A stretch of DNA of 40,894 bases from Actinomycetes bacterium. Its GTDB lineage: Bacteria > Actinomycetota > Acidimicrobiia > Acidimicrobiales > JAJYPT01. Location of the stretch: positions 1-40,894 of the forward strand of contig JAJYPT010000001.1 of the NCBI GenBank assembly GCA_021795135.1. The letters are read 5' to 3'. Of this stretch, positions 26,269-35,705 are shown in pieces. Made by a program: the position numbers and the translations under genes. How positions within the stretch are numbered: the stretch's first letter is position 1; the number at the start of each line of letters is the position of its first letter. The notes beneath the pieces are model-generated. The model saw only the letters and a list, made by a program, of their open reading frames with translations. It was not told the DNA's origin and did not search any database.

Positions 26269-26628
26269 ATGACTCCTAATTCCAGTATTGAAATTTCTGA
26301 TCAAGTTAGACAAATAATAAGCTTGCCAGATTTAGATATATTGATAGATGCTCTAAAAGAAGTGATTGACCCAGAATTGGGGTTAAATATAGTAGATTTG
26401 GGACTGGTTTATTCAATTGTCAAACAAGAAGATATAATAGTAATTCAAATATCACTGACTACTCCAGGTTGCCCTGTATCTGAAACATTGCCTATAGAAG
26501 CTGAAAGAGTTGCCCAAAAAGCTTTGGCCCATCTAAAAACTAGACTAGAAGTACAAGTTGTGTGGGACCCTCCTTGGTCTATAGACAGGATTAGCCCCCA
26601 AGCAATTAAGTTACTCGGGGCAGGATAG
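26269..26628 (+). CDS. DUF59 (MIP18/SufT-like) metal-sulfur cluster assembly factor
   Basis: LKEVIDPELGLNIVDLGLVY...LTTPGCPV is the hallmark DUF59 motif with its conserved Cys. Confidence 0.85.
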   Translation: MTPNSSIEISDQVRQIISLPDLDILIDALKEVIDPELGLNIVDLGLVYSIVKQEDIIVIQISLTTPGCPVSETLPIEAERVAQKALAHLKTRLEVQVVWDPPWSIDRISPQAIKLLGAG

Positions 26629-27276
26629 ATATTGTACTTTCAAAATACAACCAGCGTTGTGAGGATCTTTGGGTCTTAGGTAATTTACCTTTATGCCCCC
26701 TACTGTTTTAGCCAAACCCTGAATCACCCCAAGATGGAATTGACATACAGTTTTACTATCAATTGTCGCTGCTAATTCAAGCGGACAATGGCCTAACTCA
26801 ATAAGTCCTACTTTTGAGTCTTTAGCTGTTGGATAAAAACCTTGCCTAGCCATTTCTTGATTAATATAGTCAATAGGATCCAAAGAGTGATTTTGCTCTT
26901 GTATTTTTTTCTTAGCTATTGCGACCCCAATATCTTTACCTGCATCTACCGGAGAACTTTTGAATCGCATAACCTTCAATAGTCCAATAGCTAAATTCAT
27001 ATAAGCTTGTTGTTGCCCAAATACGCTTTGTCCTTGAGATGAAAGCGTATAAACATATTTAGGTCTCCCCCTGGTAGAAAGAGAAACTTTTTTTTCCAAA
27101 ACAAGACCTGAATCTTTTAACTTATTTAGATGCTGACGAATAGCGTTATGATTCAAAGACAAAGCTTGAGTTAGTTCGGATATTTCTACCGGTTGATTGG
27201 CTTTTGAGATAATTTCGAATATATGACTACGAGTAGGACTAGAAAATAATTTCGAATACTGTGAGACATATTCCAC
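26611..27276 (-). CDS. Winged-HTH (ArsR/DeoR-like) transcriptional regulator with a Cys-containing C-terminal domain (SufR-like architecture)
   Basis: N-terminal SPTRSHIFEIISKANQPVEISELTQALSLNHNAIRQHLNKLKDSGLV...GRPKYVY is a wHTH. The C-terminal domain has 4 Cys (GHCPLE...TVCQFH...NAGCIL...LSCPE). The 3' end overlaps the DUF59 gene by 18 nt. Confidence 0.75.
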   Translation of the reverse strand: MEYVSQYSKLFSSPTRSHIFEIISKANQPVEISELTQALSLNHNAIRQHLNKLKDSGLVLEKKVSLSTRGRPKYVYTLSSQGQSVFGQQQAYMNLAIGLLKVMRFKSSPVDAGKDIGVAIAKKKIQEQNHSLDPIDYINQEMARQGFYPTAKDSKVGLIELGHCPLELAATIDSKTVCQFHLGVIQGLAKTVGGIKVNYLRPKDPHNAGCILKVQYLSCPE

Positions 27277-27349
27277 TCAATTATTCTAGCTGTTTGTAGA
27301 AAAATAAATATTTGTTTTTTTATAAACTAAACAAACATATTGATTTTTT

Positions 27350-29539
27350 TTAATGTAGCTGCTCTTCCAACAAAGAAGATATCTCTTTGAAATCGTGAGG
27401 AGGAGAAAAATAATATCCCTGGACAAAAACACAACCAAGCCTTTCAAGTTCTTCAACTTGATCTAAGGTTTCTGCCCCTTCGGCAATCCACTGAAGATCT
27501 AAAGCATCTGCAAGATTAGCTATAGCTGCCACAATGGCTGAATTACTGCTTTGAATTGATAAATTTTTTATAAAAGATCTATCAATTTTTAAAATATCTA
27601 CCGGCAGACACTGTAGGTAGCTCAAAGAGCTATAGCCTGTACCAAAATCATCTATTGCTAGTTTTACTCCAAGTTCTTTTAATTTAGTTAAAGCTTCCAA
27701 TGAAGAACGTGGATCAGACATTAAAGCGCTCTCAGTAATTTCAAGATGCAGATTTTGAGGATCGAACCTACTTTCTTCCAACGCTCTTTTTACATCTTCT
27801 ACTATGTTTTTATTTCCCAATTGAACAGCTGAAAGATTTACAGACAGGGAAAAACTTAGATTTTTATTCTCTTGCCAGGTAGATAATTGCTTACAAGAAT
27901 TGTAAAGAACCCAAGCTCCCAAAGACACAATCAAGCCGCTAGATTCGGCATAGGGTATAAATTTGTCTGGAGAAATAAGACCTTCGGTTGGATGTTGCCA
28001 TCTAATTAAAGCTTCTAGACCAAATACTGAATTGGTGGATAAATTATAAATAGGTTGGTAAAAAGTTCTAAGCTCTCCTCTATCTATTGCTCGGTGTAAA
28101 CCACTTATTATGTTGGATCTTCCTGTATTTGTTTGTCGGATTTTTTCACCAAATAAACAAATTCTATCTTTACCCAACTCTTTGGCTTTGTGCATCGCAG
28201 CACTGGCATTAGCAATTAATTCTTCAGCTTGTATATCTTTTCCTTGAGATAGAGCAAGCCCTATGCTAGAAGTAATAACAATCTCATTATCATCAATCCT
28301 AAAGGGTCTTTTGAGGGCTTGAGATATGCGCTCTGCAACCACCAAGCACTCTTGCTCTTGAGAGATCCGTTCACAAATTACAACAAATTCATCTCCTGAG
28401 AAACGAGCTAGCTTATCAGTAGAACGAAGCGCTATTTGTAAACGCGAAGCTACTTCTACTAAAAGCCAGTCTCCATAAGCATTGCCAAAGCTATCATTGA
28501 TTAGCTTAAAATTGTCTATACCTAAAAATAAAATAGCTACCTTGTAAGAAGATTTAGCACAAGATTCTACCAAATGTTCTAAGCGATTAAATAACACTCC
28601 CCGAGTCGCTAGCCCAGTTAAAGGATCATGCATTGCTAAGTGGACAAGACGTTCTTCTTGGTTACTCTTATCAATTGCAAGTTCAGCTAATTTTATATAA
28701 GAAGTTATCCATCTCCAATCAGAAAAAAACGAAGGAGAGTCAATCTCTTGGAAAAGGATCATTACTCCCGACAAGTTTTTATTAGTATTATGACCTAGTA
28801 AAGGCTCTATAAAAATCTTTTTAAAGCCTGTCATAGAACTAATTGACCCATAGTCCTCATTTTCTAGATCAAGCATGTAAGAAGGAAATTTTACTTCTTT
28901 GGATTTGTTAAATTGTCTTTTGAATTGAGAGACTTTATCTTGAATTATAAAATCAATTTCTGGAGGAAAATCTGTTCCTAAATACCATGAGCCAGAAGGC
29001 TGATTAATCCAAAAACAAATCTTAATTCCTTGAAGATGGCTTTGCATCATATCGATGGTTGATTCCAATATTTTCTTCATAGGGGCATTATCTATAATCA
29101 TCTCTAAGATGAAAGCGCGTTCTAAAGAATAAGGATCATAAGTTTTGACTTTATCTAAAGTTGTTATTGCTAAAACTAAAAAAGTTTGATCCTGCCACGT
29201 TATCTTTGAAATTCCACTTTCTAGATGGAGCTTAGCTCCAGATTTATGAACTCCTATAAATTCTACAAACCCTTTAAAAAGAGTATTATTTGCATCATCA
29301 AATAAAGCTTTTAAATAGTTTTTTTGTAGTTTTTTATCAGAATCTAGAACAAGACGAGTAGCATCTGTGTCAATAATTTCAGACGAACTATAACCAAATA
29401 TTACCTCTGAAGCTTTATTAAAAAAAACTATCTTTAAATCCGAATTTAGAATAATAAACGAATAAGCACTATTATCTAATACTAATTTAGATACGTTTTG
29501 AGAAAATGAGTTAGAATCCGAGGCCACAGCATTAGACAT
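27350..29539 (-). CDS. PAS / GAF-like sensor with GGDEF and EAL domains (c-di-GMP turnover protein)
   Basis: PAS-like FIILNSDLKIVFFNKASEVIFGY. GGDEF domain with RSTD-x5-SGDEF (I-site plus an A-site variant). EAL domain with EALIRW, DDFGTGYSSLSYL, KIDRSF, AEGAET and QGYYFSPP. Confidence 0.9.
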   Translation of the reverse strand: MSNAVASDSNSFSQNVSKLVLDNSAYSFIILNSDLKIVFFNKASEVIFGYSSSEIIDTDATRLVLDSDKKLQKNYLKALFDDANNTLFKGFVEFIGVHKSGAKLHLESGISKITWQDQTFLVLAITTLDKVKTYDPYSLERAFILEMIIDNAPMKKILESTIDMMQSHLQGIKICFWINQPSGSWYLGTDFPPEIDFIIQDKVSQFKRQFNKSKEVKFPSYMLDLENEDYGSISSMTGFKKIFIEPLLGHNTNKNLSGVMILFQEIDSPSFFSDWRWITSYIKLAELAIDKSNQEERLVHLAMHDPLTGLATRGVLFNRLEHLVESCAKSSYKVAILFLGIDNFKLINDSFGNAYGDWLLVEVASRLQIALRSTDKLARFSGDEFVVICERISQEQECLVVAERISQALKRPFRIDDNEIVITSSIGLALSQGKDIQAEELIANASAAMHKAKELGKDRICLFGEKIRQTNTGRSNIISGLHRAIDRGELRTFYQPIYNLSTNSVFGLEALIRWQHPTEGLISPDKFIPYAESSGLIVSLGAWVLYNSCKQLSTWQENKNLSFSLSVNLSAVQLGNKNIVEDVKRALEESRFDPQNLHLEITESALMSDPRSSLEALTKLKELGVKLAIDDFGTGYSSLSYLQCLPVDILKIDRSFIKNLSIQSSNSAIVAAIANLADALDLQWIAEGAETLDQVEELERLGCVFVQGYYFSPPHDFKEISSLLEEQLH

Positions 29540-29809
29540 GGGTTATACAACCTTTAATAATAAAAAAAACAAGGTCTCGTCCTCCATCTAGTTCAAATTA
29601 CCTCTAATCATTTAGACTAAAGGAATTTGAAAAAAACTTAGCTATAATTTATTTTAAAATCAAGCCTAAAGTTTATTTTTAATATTGGCTTTACCCAATT
29701 TATGAAATCTAACCCTATATTTTTATAAATTGAAAACAAAAAGGTTGAGATTGATTCAATTGGGAATATTACATAAGCTTTTTATTTTATAACCCTTACA
29801 GGAGATTAC

Positions 29810-30211
29810 ATGCCCAAATTGAGACTTCATCAACTTCCACTTAGAATATCTTCTGGAGCATTTTTGGTAAATTCTGGAATGTCAAAACTAAAAGCTGACG
29901 AACAAACAGCTCAATCCTTGCACCAATTCGCTACTGGGACTTATCCCATGTTTGGATCGATGGAACCATCCAAATTTGTTCGGCTATTAGCTATGGGAGA
30001 AGTAGGTTTAGGTGGTGCTCTTTTACTGCCAATGGTCTCAAGTAGAATAGCAGGTTTAGGTCTTATGGCATTTGCTGGAGGTCTACTAGGTCTTTATCTT
30101 AAAACACCTGGTATGCGCCAAGAGGGAAGTTTAAAGCCCACCAAAGAAGGAACTGCTATAGCTAAAGATGTTTGGCTTTTTGCTATGGGCATGACCCTTC
30201 TTACAGACTAA
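29810..30211 (+). CDS. Hypothetical small membrane protein (133 aa)
   Basis: GGAG Shine-Dalgarno 6 nt upstream of the ATG. Three to four hydrophobic, Gly-rich segments. No family recognised. Confidence 0.6.
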   Translation: MPKLRLHQLPLRISSGAFLVNSGMSKLKADEQTAQSLHQFATGTYPMFGSMEPSKFVRLLAMGEVGLGGALLLPMVSSRIAGLGLMAFAGGLLGLYLKTPGMRQEGSLKPTKEGTAIAKDVWLFAMGMTLLTD

Positions 30212-30240
30212 TCTTTCAACAAAAAATAATATTTGCAATT

Positions 30241-30288
30241 ATTTGAATGGTTTGTTGAAAATATTTAAATTCAACAAACCATTCAAAT
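30241..30288. terminator. Perfect 19-bp inverted repeat (10-nt loop), likely a bidirectional terminator or processing hairpin
   Basis: ATTTGAATGGTTTGTTGAA (30241-30259) and TTCAACAAACCATTCAAAT (30270-30288). Lies 30 nt after the stop of the 133-aa gene and 3 nt from the 3' end of the convergent tRNA-Leu. Confidence 0.6.
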
Positions 30289-30290
30289 AG

Positions 30291-30376
30291 TGCCCGGGGC
30301 GGGACTTGAACCCGCACGGTCTTTTCAAACCAGGGGGGTTTAAGCCCCCCGCGGCTACCTATTACGCCACCCGGGC
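30291..30376 (-). tRNA. tRNA-Leu, anticodon UAA (class II, long variable arm)
   Basis: Folded by hand. 7-bp acceptor stem GCCCGGG/CCCGGGC, 3-bp D stem, anticodon stem GGGGG/CCCCC with loop CU-UAA-AC, variable arm with GGU/ACC stem, T arm GCGGG-UUCAAGU-CCCGC, discriminator A. CCA is not encoded. Confidence 0.93.
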
Positions 30377-30380
30377 CCTT

Positions 30381-30989
30381 CTAAGTAGAAAGGATCCAAT
30401 CTTTAATATATTGATCCCTACGTTCATACCACTCTTCTGCTGTAATAGCATAGCGGATATGATCTTCCCATATGCCGTTGATCTCTAGATAACGAACAGC
30501 TATTCCTTCTTCTCGCAAGCCTAGCTTTTCAGCCACCCTACGGCTAGCCCTATTCCTAGGTATTATTGCAATTTCTAATCTATGTAATCCTAGTTCTTCA
30601 AATGCAAACAAAAAAGCAACTACTACTGCCTCCGGAGTATAACCTCTGCCGGCAAAATTCTGGTCTATCCAATATCCAATATAAGCACTTTGAAAGGGTC
30701 CTCTTTGGATGATGGATAAATTTACCTCTCCAATAAATTGCTCTTGTAAAAATATACCAAACCCATAGGATGCTCCTAATTGTCTTTCCCTATCTCGCAA
30801 TGCGCATCTTGTAGAAAAAACCTGTTTGTTTTCAATAGAGTCAACAACCCCTCGTGGAGGCAAAGGCTCCCATGGGGTAAGCCAGTCCCTACAACGAAGT
30901 CTAACTTCTTTCCATTGATCAAAGTCAGCAGCTGCTAAAGGTCTGAGTTTTATTCTCCTGCCGTATTGAACCAATGAATGTGTTAACAT
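30381..30989 (-). CDS. GNAT-family N-acetyltransferase (RimJ/RimL-like)
   Basis: About 200 aa. Pattern IGEVNL...IGYWIDQNFAGRGYTPEAV...LHRLEIAIIPRNRASRRVAEKLGLREEG is typical of the RimJ/RimL acetyl-CoA-binding core. ATG at 30989 is preferred over TTG at 30992. Confidence 0.85.
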   Translation of the reverse strand: MLTHSLVQYGRRIKLRPLAAADFDQWKEVRLRCRDWLTPWEPLPPRGVVDSIENKQVFSTRCALRDRERQLGASYGFGIFLQEQFIGEVNLSIIQRGPFQSAYIGYWIDQNFAGRGYTPEAVVVAFLFAFEELGLHRLEIAIIPRNRASRRVAEKLGLREEGIAVRYLEINGIWEDHIRYAITAEEWYERRDQYIKDWILST

Positions 30990-31071
30990 CAATAAAAAAT
31001 CCTAGTATGGGCTATTTAGTATTTAAATTTTTTAATTATCAAATTATTTTAGATATTAAGCCTAAAAAATA

Positions 31072-32007
31072 TTAAATATCTTTTAATTGGCTCATCACTA
31101 GACCATCGAGTATATCTGATTCAGAAACAAGACAGCTATCAAAACCAAAATAATCCATCAAAGCAATTAAAATTGCAGTACCACCAATTATGATATCTGC
31201 TCGTTGATCTTCAAGTCCAGAAATTTTCGACCTTTGATCTCGATTTTGGCTTATCATATTTTGAAAAATCGCTTTTATGTCTTTTTTCAAAAGGCGATAA
31301 TGATGAGTTAGATTAGGATCATAAGAATCAAGTTTTAAATTGATAGCTGCCAAAGTAGTAATAGTTCCAGCAACTCCAACCAAAGTTCGCACAGATTTAA
31401 TACCAGGAAGAATTTTAACTACATTTTCTAATTGAAAATTTATTTCTTCGAATGCCAGATGAAGCTCTTGTTCTGATGGAGGATCTGTATGTAAAAATCG
31501 TTCAGTTATTCGAACGCAACCCATATCGGTAGAAACAGCTTCAAATTCATGTTTTTTACCAGTAGTTGTCTCCATGACAAACTCTGTTGAACCTCCACCT
31601 AAATCGACAACTACGAACGGGGCTAAATTATTGTCAATTCCTGCAGTAGCTCCTAAAAAAGATAGCTGACCTTCTTCTTCTCCTGATAACAATTCAGGAG
31701 GCTTCGATAGCAACTCTTTGACGGGATTAAAAAAATCATCACGATTGGAAGCATCTCTTGCTGCAGAAGTTGCAGTGATCCTAAAAGATGAAACATTATT
31801 TTCATCCATTATCTTTTTATATTTTTTAATAACATCAATAGTTCTATTGATTGCCCGTTGATCAAGTAATCCACTAGAATCAACTCCTTGACCCAATCTG
31901 GTGATTTCTGATAAACGAACTTTAGTATTACCTGAAAAATCACTTATTAATAGCCGAGTAGAATTGGTTCCACAGTCTATAGCTGCTACAGCAAGATCTT
32001 TATCCAT
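31072..32007 (-). CDS. ppx: Ppx/GppA-family phosphatase (exopolyphosphatase-like)
   Basis: AAIDCGTNSTRLLI, VVDLGGGSTEF and GVAGTITTLA are ASKHA-fold phosphate motifs. Start is ATG 32007 or GTG 32019; both overlap the DUF501 stop. Confidence 0.88.
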   Translation of the reverse strand: MDKDLAVAAIDCGTNSTRLLISDFSGNTKVRLSEITRLGQGVDSSGLLDQRAINRTIDVIKKYKKIMDENNVSSFRITATSAARDASNRDDFFNPVKELLSKPPELLSGEEEGQLSFLGATAGIDNNLAPFVVVDLGGGSTEFVMETTTGKKHEFEAVSTDMGCVRITERFLHTDPPSEQELHLAFEEINFQLENVVKILPGIKSVRTLVGVAGTITTLAAINLKLDSYDPNLTHHYRLLKKDIKAIFQNMISQNRDQRSKISGLEDQRADIIIGGTAILIALMDYFGFDSCLVSESDILDGLVMSQLKDI

Positions 32008-32533
32008 TACTAACTTCACTTATTATAGTTTTTCCAACACTACTTCTTGTTTTAGATACCTCAACCCAACTCCAATGACCCACCAAATCTGGTCCTCCTG
32101 CCAAATACCACGCTAAATGAGCATGCAAACACTTTATTCCTTGGCGAGTTCCACCTACTCCACCAAAAGGACGATAGCCAATGTGATTTTTGGGTATCGC
32201 TTGATCTCTTTGGCGTCCATATTCAAGATGTAGTTTTTCAACTACTTGAGGATCAATTGCTTTTTCTGCACGTTTGACCCCTCCGTTAGCCTCTAATCTA
32301 CTAACAGCTTCTTTGTAGTCTTTATCTACCAACCACCATCTAGTAGGCATAGGAGTACCTTCTAGGGTAAATGGTGCATTTAGGATGACTGCAGGATCTC
32401 CAGACAAAGAACGAACAACTATTTGAAAATCCACGAAAGGGGTTCTTCCTAGAGATTGAGATATATAAGCCATGTCATCTGTAGTTGGAGATTCTAATAC
32501 TTGGCTAAATATCAACTTGGCTTCTACAAGCAT
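32000..32533 (-). CDS. DUF501 domain protein
   Basis: 177 aa. PFPTRWWL-like MPTRWWLVD and a GG-x-RQGIKCLHAH motif. Conserved position between ftsB and ppx, as in Actinomycetota. Confidence 0.8.
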   Translation of the reverse strand: MLVEAKLIFSQVLESPTTDDMAYISQSLGRTPFVDFQIVVRSLSGDPAVILNAPFTLEGTPMPTRWWLVDKDYKEAVSRLEANGGVKRAEKAIDPQVVEKLHLEYGRQRDQAIPKNHIGYRPFGGVGGTRQGIKCLHAHLAWYLAGGPDLVGHWSWVEVSKTRSSVGKTIISEVSNG

Positions 32534-32564
32534 TAAAAATACCCTTTATTCATAATTGTACAAA

Positions 32565-32876
32565 TCAAGAAGATTTATTTTGATTTGTAATCACATAAGC
32601 TTGTTGGCCCTTTTTGACCAATCCATAATCTTTACGTGCCAGATTTATTACTGCTTGGTTCGTTTTCAATTCCTTGACTTTTGATTGGAGAGCTTTTTGT
32701 TGCTTGTTGATTTGAGAAATATGTTGCTGTAAGCTTGTCAGCTGGTTTTGTTGTTCTAAATAACTTCTAATAGGCAAAACAGCTAACACCATTACAGCTA
32801 ATAAGATAAATACAGCTAAAGCTGTTCCTAGTCCACGTCTAGGAATCAATACTTTAGTAATCTGTCTTGTTCTCAT
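32565..32876 (-). CDS. ftsB: Septum formation initiator family protein (FtsB/DivIC)
   Basis: Single N-terminal TM (LGTALAVFILLAVMVLAVL), then a coiled coil and a DYGLVKKGQ-type C-terminus. ATG 32876 has AGGAG just upstream, overlapping the eno stop. The longer TTG-initiated ORF would overlap eno by 26 nt. Confidence 0.7.
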   Translation of the reverse strand: MRTRQITKVLIPRRGLGTALAVFILLAVMVLAVLPIRSYLEQQNQLTSLQQHISQINKQQKALQSKVKELKTNQAVINLARKDYGLVKKGQQAYVITNQNKSS

Positions 32877-32883
32877 TATTCTC

Positions 32884-34191
<1,308 letters not shown>

Positions 34192-34254
34192 TCAATATAA
34201 AAAAGCGGTTTGCTTAAAATTTTTCATCAAGCAATTAAAAAGTTCCAAATATCT

Positions 34255-35700
34255 TCAGTTATCAAGTTCTGAAGTTTTTACCTGTTCCCATAAATCTTGC
34301 AGCTCTTCAATAGAACTATTACTTAGATTTTTACCACTTGTTTTGGCGATAAGTTCTATCGATCTAAATCTATTTTGAAATTTGTGAGTAGATTGTCTCA
34401 AACAAGTTTCAGGATCTATATTTAGATGCCTAGCAATATTTACTACTGAGAATAAAACATCTCCTAGTTCATCAGAAATACGATCCAAAGAATCATCTTT
34501 CGATATTTCCTGGCTAAATTCTTCTAACTCTTCAAACAATTTTTCCAAAGCGCCTTCTAAATCAGGCCAATCAAATTTTACAGAAGCTGCATTGCGTTGA
34601 GTTTTATAAGCATATAACAAAGCCGGCATCATACTAGGAATGCCATCCATGAGACTATCTCGATTTTTTTCTTCTGATTTAATTTTTTCCCAACTAATTA
34701 AGGCTTGTTGCTCATTGACAACATCTTTGCCCGCAAAAACATGGGGATGGCGCTTTATTAATTTTTCCCTTACACCTTTAGCAACATCTTCTAGGGTAAA
34801 CTCACCTTCTTCTTGGGCAAGTATAGAATGAAAAAATACTTGATAAAGAACATCTCCTAGTTCTTCTTCAAGATGCTGGTAACCTTGCTCGAGATCAATT
34901 TCACCAATTGCTTCTACAACTTCATAGGTTTCTTCGATCAAATGGCGAGTCAAAGATTTGTGAGTCTGTTTTTGGTCCCATTGGCATTTTTGACGCAATT
35001 CTAGTGCCAACTCTTGAAGTTTGACTAATTCAGTGCCAAAACTTGGTCCTAACTTAGGAATATAAATAGATGTTAAATGATCAGGTTTTATATAGCTTTT
35101 ATCTAAATCTTGCCAATCAAGTTCAAAAACAGCTTGGTCGGCTAAGCCTAAACGCTGTAAAACAACTACTTTATCTTCAATAGAAAAATCTACCGATAAT
35201 TTTATATCAGATAGTATGCGACTAGAAAAACATTGACCTACAATAACAGGTCCTTTTTCTCCTACTGCTTGGGATAAAAAATTTATCCCATCTATAAGCC
35301 TAATCCCACTAGAGATAGGATCTATCCCTAATTCAATCCAAGCCAGATCCAAAAAAGATATAGATGGGATAACAATTGAATCAATTTCATCTCTCAATCT
35401 TAATTTTTCAACTGTAGTTTCCAAAACCATTGCAGAGCCAGGCACTGCGTAAAGTATTTTTTCTTTAGCAAGGGCTTGAGTAACTAAAATATCTACAATT
35501 TGGTCATAAACTTGTTCAAAAGAATCTAATGTCTCATAAAGATAATCAAAACTTGTTGCGTTTTTTACAATATGGGCACTTGGATGCTTTTGAGTGCGCA
35601 AAAATCTATAAGGAATTTCCTCTATAGCTTTTTTAGTTGCCAAATTTACAAGCTCTGCCTCACCAGGGCCCAGACCCACCACCACAACAGTAGGCTTCAT
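34255..35700 (-). CDS. mazG: YabN-type fusion: tetrapyrrole-methylase-like N-domain plus tandem MazG NTP-pyrophosphohydrolase domains
   Basis: N-terminus VVVVGLGPGEAELV (methylase-fold GxGPG). Two MazG EExxE/D motifs: IEETYEVVEAI...EEELGDVLYQV and FEELEEFSQEI...SDELGDVLFSV. Confidence 0.88.
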   Translation of the reverse strand: MKPTVVVVGLGPGEAELVNLATKKAIEEIPYRFLRTQKHPSAHIVKNATSFDYLYETLDSFEQVYDQIVDILVTQALAKEKILYAVPGSAMVLETTVEKLRLRDEIDSIVIPSISFLDLAWIELGIDPISSGIRLIDGINFLSQAVGEKGPVIVGQCFSSRILSDIKLSVDFSIEDKVVVLQRLGLADQAVFELDWQDLDKSYIKPDHLTSIYIPKLGPSFGTELVKLQELALELRQKCQWDQKQTHKSLTRHLIEETYEVVEAIGEIDLEQGYQHLEEELGDVLYQVFFHSILAQEEGEFTLEDVAKGVREKLIKRHPHVFAGKDVVNEQQALISWEKIKSEEKNRDSLMDGIPSMMPALLYAYKTQRNAASVKFDWPDLEGALEKLFEELEEFSQEISKDDSLDRISDELGDVLFSVVNIARHLNIDPETCLRQSTHKFQNRFRSIELIAKTSGKNLSNSSIEELQDLWEQVKTSELDN

Positions 35701-35705
35701 TTAAC

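Noticed and set aside
27308-27340. AT-only imperfect inverted repeat after the GGDEF-EAL stop, and weak stems after the first plus-strand gene (548-567) and after pxpA, considered as intrinsic terminators
   Set aside because: The stems are almost entirely A-T, contain bulges or large loops, and mostly lack a proper U-tract. They are too weak to call.
30212-30400. tRNA-Leu as the attachment site of a genomic island or prophage
   Set aside because: There is no integrase, excisionase or phage gene on either side. I did not spot a second copy of the tRNA 3' end (GGGACTTGAACC...) elsewhere in the window. The flanking genes are housekeeping.
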